Shown here one piece after another: positions 1 to 7,931 of a DNA stretch of 64,000 nucleotides. The notes below the pieces were generated by a model, which had not been told where the DNA came from, ran no database searches, and saw only the letters and a list, made by a program, of their open reading frames with translations. How positions within the stretch are numbered: the stretch's first letter is position 1; every line of letters starts with the position of its first letter. The stretch comes from Dehalococcoidia bacterium (GTDB taxonomy: Bacteria > Chloroflexota > Dehalococcoidia > Lucifugimonadales > UBA3495), in NCBI GenBank assembly GCA_034422655.1, contig DAOUJN010000017.1:1142-65141 (forward strand), given 5' to 3'. The translations under genes and the position numbers were made by a program.

Positions 1-407
1 ATTATGGGGCCGCCCACTTCTGGGTCTTCGGCGGTTCGAACATTGCATGTTACGTTGACGCCGGCGGTGGATAGCAGGTTATTCAGGGCTACCAGCGCCA
101 GGCCGGCCGCGGTCCCCTCTTCGGCGCCGGCAACCCCGGCAGACACAGGGGCCCTGACGGTCTCCGCCTCGCCCGCGGTTTCGGCCGGTGGGGAGTCGGA
201 AGGGGCTGCGGTTGCCGGCCGGGCACTGCCCCCGGCGCCAAGCAGGGTTACCCGTACCCGGGCGACTTCCGCGCCAATGCCCAGGAAACCGGCCTTGCCC
301 CTACTTAGTACTTCTACCTCTACCTCGTTGCGGTCGACGCCTAGCTCCTTCAGAGCCAGCTCTTCGGCCTCTTCTACGGTTCTGGCGGTTCGTTCGACGG
401 ACTCCAT
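1..407 (-). CDS. khpB: Jag/EloR (KhpB) RNA-binding protein, N-terminal part (runs off window start)
   Basis: Manual translation from ATG at 407: MESVERTARTVEEAEELALKELGVDRNEVEVEVLSRGKAGFLGIGAEVARVRV, the Jag_N motif (KGFLGIG-like). Frame open to the window edge, GGAG RBS, canonical position after yidC. Not in the ORF track. Confidence 0.9.
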   Translation of the reverse strand, partial: MESVERTARTVEEAEELALKELGVDRNEVEVEVLSRGKAGFLGIGAEVARVRVTLLGAGGSARPATAAPSDSPPAETAGEAETVRAPVSAGVAGAEEGTAAGLALVALNNLLSTAGVNVTCNVRTAEDPEVGGPI

Positions 408-1224
408 CGTTCTCGTTCTCCTCGGACGCCGAGTCATTCACGGCGGACTGGGCCGGCTGGCTTGCTGCCGGCGCCGACCTGGGAATCAGGGGGAACAACG
501 GCCCCCAGCCGGTTATAAAGTACTGGATGCCTACCCCGATTACATTGGAAACAATCCAGTAAAGCGGAAGCCCGCTGGGCCACTGCAACGAGAAGAACCC
601 CAGGAATATGGGAATCATCCACAGCATCATGTTTTGACTGGATTGCTGTCGGGGATCCGGAGAGGGGGTCATTGTCATCTTTTGCTGCACAAAGGTGGTC
701 GCAGCCACCAGTATGGGCAGCACTACGGGAGAGGGATCCGGCTCTCCCAGCTTCAGCCAGAGGAAGGTATCGCTCAACGGAGCGGCGGAATGGATCGGTA
801 CGAAGGTTATCCAGGGGTACAACTTCTGGGACAGGTCCACCAGGTCTTCCGGTTTGGTGAAGAGGGTCTGAATTAGGACCCTGAACAGGCCGATCAATAT
901 CGGCAGCTGCACCACCAGGGGACCTAGGCACCCGATGGGGCTTACCCCGGATTCCCGGTACAGTTTCATGGTTTCCTGGGAGACGCGGGCCCGGTCCCCG
1001 CTGTAGCGGTCCTGGATCTCCTTCATCCGGGGCTGCAGTTCGCTCATGCGCCGCATCTGGCGAATCTGCTTCAGGGTCAGGGGCATCGTCAAGACCCGGA
1101 CCAGGATCGTGAAGGCGATGATGGCCAGCCCCATGTTGTGGAAACAGAGAACGTACAACACCATAAGGGTGTTGAGCATGGGGCGGATTATTGCTTCGTT
1201 CCAAATGAGGAAGAAAAATTCCAA
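301..1224 (-). CDS. yidC: Membrane protein insertase YidC/Oxa1, short form without large periplasmic domain
   Basis: GLAIIAFTILVRVLTMPL, LQPRMKEIQDRY, GCLGPLVVQLPI and GLPLYWIVSN motifs; synteny with rnpA-yidD-jag. Confidence 0.95.
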   Translation of the reverse strand: MEFFFLIWNEAIIRPMLNTLMVLYVLCFHNMGLAIIAFTILVRVLTMPLTLKQIRQMRRMSELQPRMKEIQDRYSGDRARVSQETMKLYRESGVSPIGCLGPLVVQLPILIGLFRVLIQTLFTKPEDLVDLSQKLYPWITFVPIHSAAPLSDTFLWLKLGEPDPSPVVLPILVAATTFVQQKMTMTPSPDPRQQSSQNMMLWMIPIFLGFFSLQWPSGLPLYWIVSNVIGVGIQYFITGWGPLFPLIPRSAPAASQPAQSAVNDSASEENENDGVRRTNRQNRRRGRRAGSEGARRRPQRGRGRSTK

Positions 1225-1276
1225 TGGGTCTCCTAGTTGCCCGATTCCGCCGGTCGGCGGATTTCAGTCCTGTCTA

Positions 1277-2719
1277 TTAATTGCATTGCCGGTGTATGGA
1301 ACTGTCGAAGCACCAGATTGATTCCTTGTCCTGTCCTTCGGTTACCGAAATTCTCCGGACTATGCCGTTGTCGCCTGCCGCGAATACGGAATATCTCTGG
1401 ATGACCGCCAGGTTGTCCAACTCGGTACCGAGGGCGGGATTCGGGGGCGCTCCGGCCACCAACGGCGCCTTGATTTCTCCCTCGTCCAGGGTGGGCAGGT
1501 TGCTGATTACTTCGCCGTCCACCAGGTTCGATGGGCTGGTGCTCAAGAGCCTCATCCTGCCGTCCACGGCGGCCACCACCAGTCCCAGCGGCACCAGGGC
1601 GGGCGTGGAAACTATGGGGCCTTCCATGTTGTGCCGCCACAGGGCCTCTTTCGATTCTCCCGATGGGGGATTCTGCGGGTCGAAGGCGTAGACGAAACCA
1701 TCCATGGAGGGGGCGAAAATTGACTCCCCGTCGGTTACCGGTTCGGCCCAGAACCAGTTCTGGCCTTCAAATGACCACTCCAACTCTCCGTCGTCGGCAT
1801 CCAGGGCATACAGTTTGCGGTCAAAGGAACCTACGAAAATCTTCCCGCTGAACAGCAGGGGTTTTCCCACCACGGAGCCGCCCGTCTCATAGCTCCACAT
1901 TTGACGACCGTCGCGCAGGTTCACGGCATACACGGAATGATCGTGTGAGCCAAAATACGCTACGCCATTCTGGACCGTGGGCGTGGACCAGATTCTATCC
2001 CCGGTGTGAAAGGGCGACCATGACAGTTCGTCGCCGGTGGCGGCATTGAATGCGTACAGGTTCCCGTCCTCGGAAACGACGATGAGCAAGGTCGTTGGGC
2101 CCGTCTCGTTGTCGACGATTTCAGTCAGTACCGGCGCCCCGACAATGGGCTGAGGGTCCAGGGAAGGATCGTTACGCACCGAGCGTTTCCAGCCTCTTGA
2201 GTCTTCTCCCGTCTCTGCGCTGAGGGCGTAAATGTTGCCGTCCACGCCGCCAACATATACCAGGCCCAGTTCGTTGCTCACTGCCGGCGGCCCGAAGGCC
2301 CCCCGCAGCCCGGTCCCGCTGCCCAGCGGCGGGTAGGTCCAGACAACCCTGGGCGAGCCCGACCCGAAGTCCTCCAGGGCGCGGACTTTTACCTGGCGCT
2401 CGTCGTCGCCCAGGTCTTGATTCACCAGCGTGCCCAGGTCGTCCAGGTCCCCGCCCATGGGTGAGGCGACATAAATCCGCGATGCCTCCCCGGGCTCCTG
2501 GGAAAAGGATACCGCAACGGGCGCCCAACCCACGTTATCTCCGCCCAGGTTGGGGGTGCATGCCGCTCCCAGCAACGCGAAGACCAGCGCCAGCAGGCCC
2601 CCTATTCTGATACGGGGAGACCTGCTCGGTGCGGGAAATGCCTGTACGGGAAGGGCGCCGGGCGACTTTCGCCGGCGCAGGAATGCTGGGGGGAATGACG
2701 ATACAGAATTAAAGGACAT
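1277..2719 (-). CDS. PQQ-like (BamB-type) beta-propeller lipoprotein; true start may be downstream of 2719
   Basis: Repeated W-x-F/Y...SxPxV..G.VY.GS.D..LYA.D...G blades; hydrophobic segment ending LLGAAC (lipobox-like). Confidence 0.85.
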   Translation of the reverse strand: MSFNSVSSFPPAFLRRRKSPGALPVQAFPAPSRSPRIRIGGLLALVFALLGAACTPNLGGDNVGWAPVAVSFSQEPGEASRIYVASPMGGDLDDLGTLVNQDLGDDERQVKVRALEDFGSGSPRVVWTYPPLGSGTGLRGAFGPPAVSNELGLVYVGGVDGNIYALSAETGEDSRGWKRSVRNDPSLDPQPIVGAPVLTEIVDNETGPTTLLIVVSEDGNLYAFNAATGDELSWSPFHTGDRIWSTPTVQNGVAYFGSHDHSVYAVNLRDGRQMWSYETGGSVVGKPLLFSGKIFVGSFDRKLYALDADDGELEWSFEGQNWFWAEPVTDGESIFAPSMDGFVYAFDPQNPPSGESKEALWRHNMEGPIVSTPALVPLGLVVAAVDGRMRLLSTSPSNLVDGEVISNLPTLDEGEIKAPLVAGAPPNPALGTELDNLAVIQRYSVFAAGDNGIVRRISVTEGQDKESIWCFDSSIHRQCN

Positions 2720-2722
2720 CTC

Positions 2723-2950
2723 TTACGGTACCGGATCGTACCCTTTACCTCCCCCTGGGCGACAGTTAAGGACGCGTCTTATGCCCAATCCACTGCCTCG
2801 AAACAGACCGTACCGCTCTATGGCCTGGGCAGTGTAATGCGAACACGACGGCGTGAAACGGCAAACCGAGGGGAGGTAGGGTGAGACAGCCGCCTGGTAT
2901 AGACGAATCAGTCCTAAAGCGACAAATCTCATAGGTTGACTACTGGTCAT
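2723..2950 (-). CDS. yidD: Membrane protein insertion efficiency factor YidD
   Basis: [35 protein letters not shown]; start taken at ATG 2950. Confidence 0.93.
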   Translation of the reverse strand: MTSSQPMRFVALGLIRLYQAAVSPYLPSVCRFTPSCSHYTAQAIERYGLFRGSGLGIRRVLNCRPGGGKGYDPVP

Positions 2951-3290
2951 CGATAGATGGGGCCTGAAAAAGCCTGGCGCGCCGCAACAGATTGTCGGTT
3001 GCTTGTTGCAATTGCCTGAACTCGGCATCAGCGGCGCCGCGACGGGCGATAAAGACTGCGTCCCATCCTTCCTTTACTTTCCGGTTCCTGACCACTTCCC
3101 GTAATCTGCGTTTTACCAAGTTCCTGGTTACCGCGTTCCCAACTCTCTTGCTGACCACAAACCCGAATCGGCTGTGGTCCAGGCCATTTGGCAGCGCCCG
3201 CACCACCAGAAACCGGTTGGCGAGGCTGACTCCGTCCCGATGAATCTCGGCGAAGCGCTTGCCTTCCGTCAGGCGGTGACGTCGCTGCAT
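2940..3290 (-). CDS. rnpA: Ribonuclease P protein component
   Basis: [26 protein letters not shown] (RNR motif). Confidence 0.96.
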   Translation of the reverse strand: MQRRHRLTEGKRFAEIHRDGVSLANRFLVVRALPNGLDHSRFGFVVSKRVGNAVTRNLVKRRLREVVRNRKVKEGWDAVFIARRGAADAEFRQLQQATDNLLRRARLFQAPSIDDQ

Positions 3291-3305
3291 GAATCGACTG
3301 GCTCG

Positions 3306-3443
3306 TCAGACCGTCAGGCGATGCCTGCCCTTGAATCTCCGGCGGCGAAGCACTGCCCGACCGTCGGAAGTACGGGACCGGGCCCTGAAGCCATGCACTC
3401 GGGCACGGCGACGTTTCTTCGGTTGATAGGTTCGTTTCGGCAT
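3306..3443 (-). CDS. rpmH: 50S ribosomal protein L34
   Basis: Manual translation [45 protein letters not shown] (45 aa, below the ORF-track cutoff). Confidence 0.97.
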   Translation of the reverse strand: MPKRTYQPKKRRRARVHGFRARSRTSDGRAVLRRRRFKGRHRLTV

Positions 3444-3468
3444 TGTAAGGACACACTCCAGGCCAAGA

Positions 3469-3498
3469 ATTATAAGTTTCCCTTTCGAGTTGAGTCAA
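3469..3498 (-). promoter_or_regulatory. SigA/sigma70-type promoter of the rpmH operon
   Basis: Minus strand TTGACT-18 nt-TATAAT, with the -10 element 25 nt upstream of the rpmH ATG. Confidence 0.8.
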
Positions 3499-3704
3499 GG
3501 CAACAAATGATGCGGCCTTACGGATGGGACAGGCAGGGGAATACTTCACGTCCCGTTCGTGCTATGTGGGCAAAGCAGCCTGCCGGGAGAATCGCCGACG
3601 GAGGCTGGCAATTTGGCCCCTGTATTATGCTGAACGGCAGGTGGACCGGTGATATAATGGGTACACCTTCATGGCAAGGGACATTGGGCCTTTGCCGCAC
3701 CCCG

Positions 3705-3790
3705 GCCGAAGTGGCGGAATGGTAGACGCGCCGGTCTCAAAAACCGGTGGGAGCAATCCCGTGTCGGTTCGAGTCCGACCTTCGGCACCA
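3705..3790 (+). tRNA. tRNA-Leu (anticodon CAA)
   Basis: GCCGAAG acceptor stem pairs with CTTCGGC; anticodon arm CCGGT-CTCAAAA-ACCGG; long variable arm; GTTCGAG T-loop; encoded CCA. Confidence 0.97.
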
Positions 3791-3799
3791 CTTTCCTTT

Positions 3800-3940
3800 A
3801 GCGTCCCACAGGAATTGGGCGACTTGGCGCATCTGCGCCGGTTATTTCTCAACGGAAACGAACTTACTGGCTGCATGCCCCGACACGAGGATTCCCACTT
3901 CCAGGAATACAACCTCGGTTCGCTGGAATTCTGTCCATGA
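3800..3940 (+). pseudogene. C-terminal stump of a leucine-rich-repeat protein
   Basis: SVPQELGDLAHLRRLFLNGNELTGCMP fits the 24-aa xIPxELGxLxxLxxLxLxxNxLTGxIP LRR consensus; no start codon, begins about 10 nt after the tRNA CCA. Confidence 0.7.
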
Positions 3941-4260
3941 CCCTCAACAGCCAGCACCCTGAATACCCGATCTATTGGCAGAATCTGAAAAGCGTGTGGG
4001 GTCCCGCAGACCGCAGAAGAAGTGTCGGGCCTGCGCTACAAGGACATCCTGGAATCCGCCCCGGTATTCAACCGCCCGCAGGACAATTGACAGCAAAAAC
4101 TGGCCCAAAATTGCGCACACATTGCAAAATTGGTAAAATAAGCTCAATCGGATAACCCCATCATGCAGTGCCTGGTAAGCCCAGGCGCCGTCCAATACAA
4201 CTCACCAGTCGGGACGATACCAGAGGCGCGTCCATCCTTAGACTCCTGAAGAGGGAGCGG

Positions 4261-4593
4261 ATGAACGTTACGTCTCTAAGAGCCACCAGGTCTCGACTCC
4301 ACCCGGTAGCCGGAGCCTTTCCCCTTCTCTACATCGCAACCTTGAGCCTGCTGGCCGCGGCATGCGGCACAGCCGCACCCGCGCGCGACCAATCCGGGCG
4401 CCAAACATTAACGCCACAAAAACCTCCCAGGTGCAACAACCGCCAACCGCAGAACTGGCCATTGAACCCCAACGCTCCGCCACAACACCTCATTAGGGGG
4501 AGGGCCCTTGCTGACATTTTCCTCTCCTGGAGAGGCATGGTCAAAGGGCAAAACAGCCATGTTAAAACGGGAAAGGAGAGACCAGATGCCTGA
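4261..4593 (+). pseudogene. Possible truncated or frameshifted lipoprotein
   Basis: MNVTSLRATRSR...LLYIATLSLLAAACGT is a signal peptide II pattern; the rest looks non-coding or out of frame. Confidence 0.35.
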
Positions 4594-5557
4594 CGAACCC
4601 ATTGTCCAGGTGCGTGACCTGGTGAAAGTGTACCCTGGCGGCACCCGCGCGGTAGCGGGTATCGGCTTCGATGTTCCCCGGGGGGATTTCTTCGGCTTTC
4701 TCGGGCCCAACGGCGCCGGCAAGACCACGACCATGCGGATACTGGGCACCCTGCTCAGGAAGACATCGGGGACCGTTACCGTGGGCGGGTTCAATGTCGA
4801 TGTCGATTCGAAAGCTATCCGGCGGAGCATCGGGTTTGCCATGCAGGAGGTTGGTCTCGACGATCTGGCCACCGGGAGGGACTTCCTGCGGCTGCAGGGA
4901 GTGCTCTACGGGCTCTCCCGGCGGGAGGCCCATCGGAAAGCCGATAAGTTGCTGGAGGTGGTGGCGTTGACCCACGTAGCGGGACAGAGGGTCGGGACCT
5001 ACTCGGGCGGGATGCGCCGCCGCATCGACCTGGCCGGCGCCTTGATGCATGATCCGGACATCGTCTTCCTGGACGAGCCGTCCGTCGGGCTGGACCCCCA
5101 GAGCCGTCTCGCGATGTGGGAGCACCTGGAAGAGCTGAATGCCAGGGGAGTCACAATCCTGCTCACTACCCAGGTGATGGAAGAGGCGGACCGCCTCTGC
5201 CGCAGCATCTCGATCTTCGATCAAGGACAAATCGTCGCCAGCGGTTCTCCTGAGTCCCTGAAGACGGGTGTGGGTGGGGATGTGGTGCAGATCATCCTGG
5301 ACGACCCCGGAGAGGATTTGTTCCGGAAGGCTGAAGCGCTGGTCCGCCAGCAGGATTACGGCGACGGGGTCAGCAGAATCGACGGAGGGATTGCCGTCAC
5401 CGTCGGCAACGGCAGCGCTGCCGTCCCGGGCCTCGTCAGCCTGCTTCACGATGCCCAGATTCCCGTCGTGAGCCTCTCGGTCGCCAGGCCGACCCTGGAT
5501 GACGTCTTCCTGATGCACACCGGCCGGAGGATCAGGACTGAAGCGGAGATGGGGTAA
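4586..5557 (+). CDS. ABC transporter ATP-binding protein (DrrA/NodI family)
   Basis: Walker A GPNGAGKTT, signature YSGGM, Walker B IVFLDEP; ATG 4586 follows AAAGGAGA. Confidence 0.93.
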   Translation: MPDEPIVQVRDLVKVYPGGTRAVAGIGFDVPRGDFFGFLGPNGAGKTTTMRILGTLLRKTSGTVTVGGFNVDVDSKAIRRSIGFAMQEVGLDDLATGRDFLRLQGVLYGLSRREAHRKADKLLEVVALTHVAGQRVGTYSGGMRRRIDLAGALMHDPDIVFLDEPSVGLDPQSRLAMWEHLEELNARGVTILLTTQVMEEADRLCRSISIFDQGQIVASGSPESLKTGVGGDVVQIILDDPGEDLFRKAEALVRQQDYGDGVSRIDGGIAVTVGNGSAAVPGLVSLLHDAQIPVVSLSVARPTLDDVFLMHTGRRIRTEAEMG

Positions 5558-5585
5558 ACAACCCGATAACCAGGAGGCAGCCCTG

Positions 5586-6350
5586 ATGACCATTGCCCGA
5601 GAGATCTACTTCATTTACATGCGCAACCTGCGGACCTGGGTCGGACAGCCGTCCCTGGTCCTGATCACGGTGCTGCCGTCGGTGTTCATGTTCCTCTTCT
5701 TCGGGGCGCCGCTGAGCGGCATCGCCAGCGTTCCGGGCTTTCCGTCGGACGATTACTACGCCTACTTCACCGCCATGATCATCGTGTTGGCGGTGGTGAT
5801 GAACGGCTCCGACGTCGCCATCACCCTGCTGGAAGACATGATGTCCGGCTACTTCGACAAGCTCCTGCTGGCGCCCATCAACCGCTTTTCGATGCTGATG
5901 GGGATGCTGCTCATGTCGGGCACCAGGGCACTGCTGCACGTGGTCATCATCGTGGGGATGGCCCTGGCCTTTGGGGTCAGCTTTGTGGGAGGCATTCTGG
6001 GCCTGGTGGCGATTATCGCCGCCGCCACGGTCTTCGGGATAGCAATGGGCTGCATCGGGCTGATAATCGCCCTGAAGACCAGGAGTTTCCAGGTAACCCA
6101 GAACAGCTGGCTGATGTTCATGCCGGTGGCCTTCCTGACCACGGCCTTCATGCCCAGGGAGTTTCTAACGGGGTGGTTCCGGTGGGCGGTGACCTTGAAC
6201 CCGGTCGACTACGTGCTGGTGTCGGTGAGGACGCTCATCATCGAGGGATGGCATTGGGGGTCGATTCTTCCGGGTCTCTGGGTCCTGGTCGCCCTCACGG
6301 TGGGCCTGCTCACGGCGGCCACCTGGATCTACAGCCGCGCCACCGCGTGA
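5586..6350 (+). CDS. ABC-2 type permease (DrrB family)
   Basis: Six hydrophobic segments, GYFDKLLLAP and LNPVDY motifs; follows the ATPase. Confidence 0.9.
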   Translation: MTIAREIYFIYMRNLRTWVGQPSLVLITVLPSVFMFLFFGAPLSGIASVPGFPSDDYYAYFTAMIIVLAVVMNGSDVAITLLEDMMSGYFDKLLLAPINRFSMLMGMLLMSGTRALLHVVIIVGMALAFGVSFVGGILGLVAIIAAATVFGIAMGCIGLIIALKTRSFQVTQNSWLMFMPVAFLTTAFMPREFLTGWFRWAVTLNPVDYVLVSVRTLIIEGWHWGSILPGLWVLVALTVGLLTAATWIYSRATA

Positions 6351-6666
6351 GTTTCTGCCGGTGAGCAATTATTGGCCGCGCCGGCAAATCGTACCGGAAA
6401 GAATGTACTGGGTAAGGGCCGGTGAAATCTCTCGGAACCATTTCCCCTTCACCTGGCTTAATCTCGTTCCGGCAGAACAAGCCTCCCGAAGCGGGCGGCT
6501 TGTCATTTTCTTGCTGGGCATGGGGCTCAACAGCGGTAAACGAGGGTTTGTCGGGCCAGCCCGGCAGGTATATTCTGTCCTCGTGAAACCCGCAAAGCTG
6601 GGCAGCCCACTTTGTCTTCCATGAAGGCATCGGCGGACCCGCAAATCCGTCCCCAAAGGAGGCCCC

Positions 6667-7761
6667 ATGAAGTTTGGAATCTTTACCATCGTGCCCTACC
6701 ACGAGGACTTTTCCCAGCAGCAGGCTTTGACCCAGGCCCTGGAGCAGATACAGTTCGCCGACGAAGCGGGCCTTGATGAGGTCTGGCTGGGCGAGCACCG
6801 CTTTTCCCGGCACGGGTTGCTCTCGGGAATCTGGTCTTTTCTTGGCGCGGTCGCCGGTCGCACCAGGAACGTCCGCATCGGCACCGCGGTCATCGTTCTG
6901 CCGTTGCACAATCCCGTCCTGGTGGCCGAAGAAGTGGCCATGCTCGACATCATCAGCAACGGCAGGTTCAACTTCGGCATCGGCGCCGGCTACCAGCAGC
7001 AGGAGTTCGACGGGGTGGGCGTTGACATAGACACCAGCCGCGACCGGTTCCACGAGGCCGTCGACGTGATGATCAAGGCATGGACCGAGGAAACCCTGAC
7101 CTTCCATGGCCGGTTCACCAACGTTGACGACGTTTGGGTGCTGCCCAAGCCCTTGCAGCAGCCCTACCCGCCCCTGTTCCAGGCCGTAAGCACCAGCCCC
7201 GCCAGCATAGACTTCGCTGCCAGCCGCAACATACAGGTAATCGCCGGCGGCCCCACCGACATCCTGGGCCAGGCGCCCCAGGTCATCAAGCTGTGGCGTG
7301 AGAAGATGGAAGAATACGGCCACGAGCACGCCCACCTGGACCCGCCCATGTCCAAGTCCATCTACGTCGCTCCCACCATGGAGGAAGCGGAACGGGACGC
7401 CGCCGAACTGGAGAACTTTTCCTCGCGGATACTGCGGTCCGTCGGCTCCGCCGGGGCGCCCATCGGTATGCCCATGGACCGGAACGGCAAGGTCGCCAGG
7501 GGATACGAGCACTGGGCCAACCGCCAGCGCGACCGGGACCGCCGCGACGACCCGGGCCACGCCGGCCTGCCGCCGCTCCGGGGAACCCCCGAGGTTGTGA
7601 TTGAACGGTTGAAGCAGACCCAGGAGGCCGGAATAAACCACGTCTTCGGCAACTTCGGCTTCGCCGGCCTGCCCCACGAGAAGGTGATGCGCTCCATCGA
7701 GCTATTCGCCACCCACGTCATGCCCCACTTCCAGGACGCTCCCGTCGCCGCCGGTGACTAA
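6667..7761 (+). CDS. LLM-class (luciferase-like) flavin-dependent oxidoreductase
   Basis: VWLGEHRF, IGTAVIVLPLHNPVLVAEEVAMLDIISNGRFNFGIGAGY. Confidence 0.93.
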   Translation: MKFGIFTIVPYHEDFSQQQALTQALEQIQFADEAGLDEVWLGEHRFSRHGLLSGIWSFLGAVAGRTRNVRIGTAVIVLPLHNPVLVAEEVAMLDIISNGRFNFGIGAGYQQQEFDGVGVDIDTSRDRFHEAVDVMIKAWTEETLTFHGRFTNVDDVWVLPKPLQQPYPPLFQAVSTSPASIDFAASRNIQVIAGGPTDILGQAPQVIKLWREKMEEYGHEHAHLDPPMSKSIYVAPTMEEAERDAAELENFSSRILRSVGSAGAPIGMPMDRNGKVARGYEHWANRQRDRDRRDDPGHAGLPPLRGTPEVVIERLKQTQEAGINHVFGNFGFAGLPHEKVMRSIELFATHVMPHFQDAPVAAGD

Positions 7762-7784
7762 ACGAAGTCTTTTAACGGGACTGC

Positions 7785-7819
7785 AGGGGTTCCCTATCTG
7801 AACGAGAGGGGGAACCCCT
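7785..7819. terminator. Hairpin between convergent LLM and NCS2 genes
   Basis: AGGGGTTCCC...GGGAACCCCT 10-bp inverted repeat; no clear U-tract. Confidence 0.45.
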
Positions 7820-7931
7820 CAAGAAACCTCCGCAAAATAATGCCGACTTTCGCAGCGGCCTTCCACCTCGGTCCGGTTTGCCACGCGGGAATCGTCGGAC
7901 GCTCCAACCGGCCCAACGCTGTGCCGCACTG

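Noticed and set aside
4-876. 290-aa + strand ORF
   Set aside because: Antisense to jag and yidC, which have clear motifs.
6350-6666. Short ORFs and the hairpin ACAAGCC...GGCTTGT between the ABC permease and LLM genes
   Set aside because: No family motifs; the hairpin is imperfect and cannot be assigned as terminator or riboswitch.
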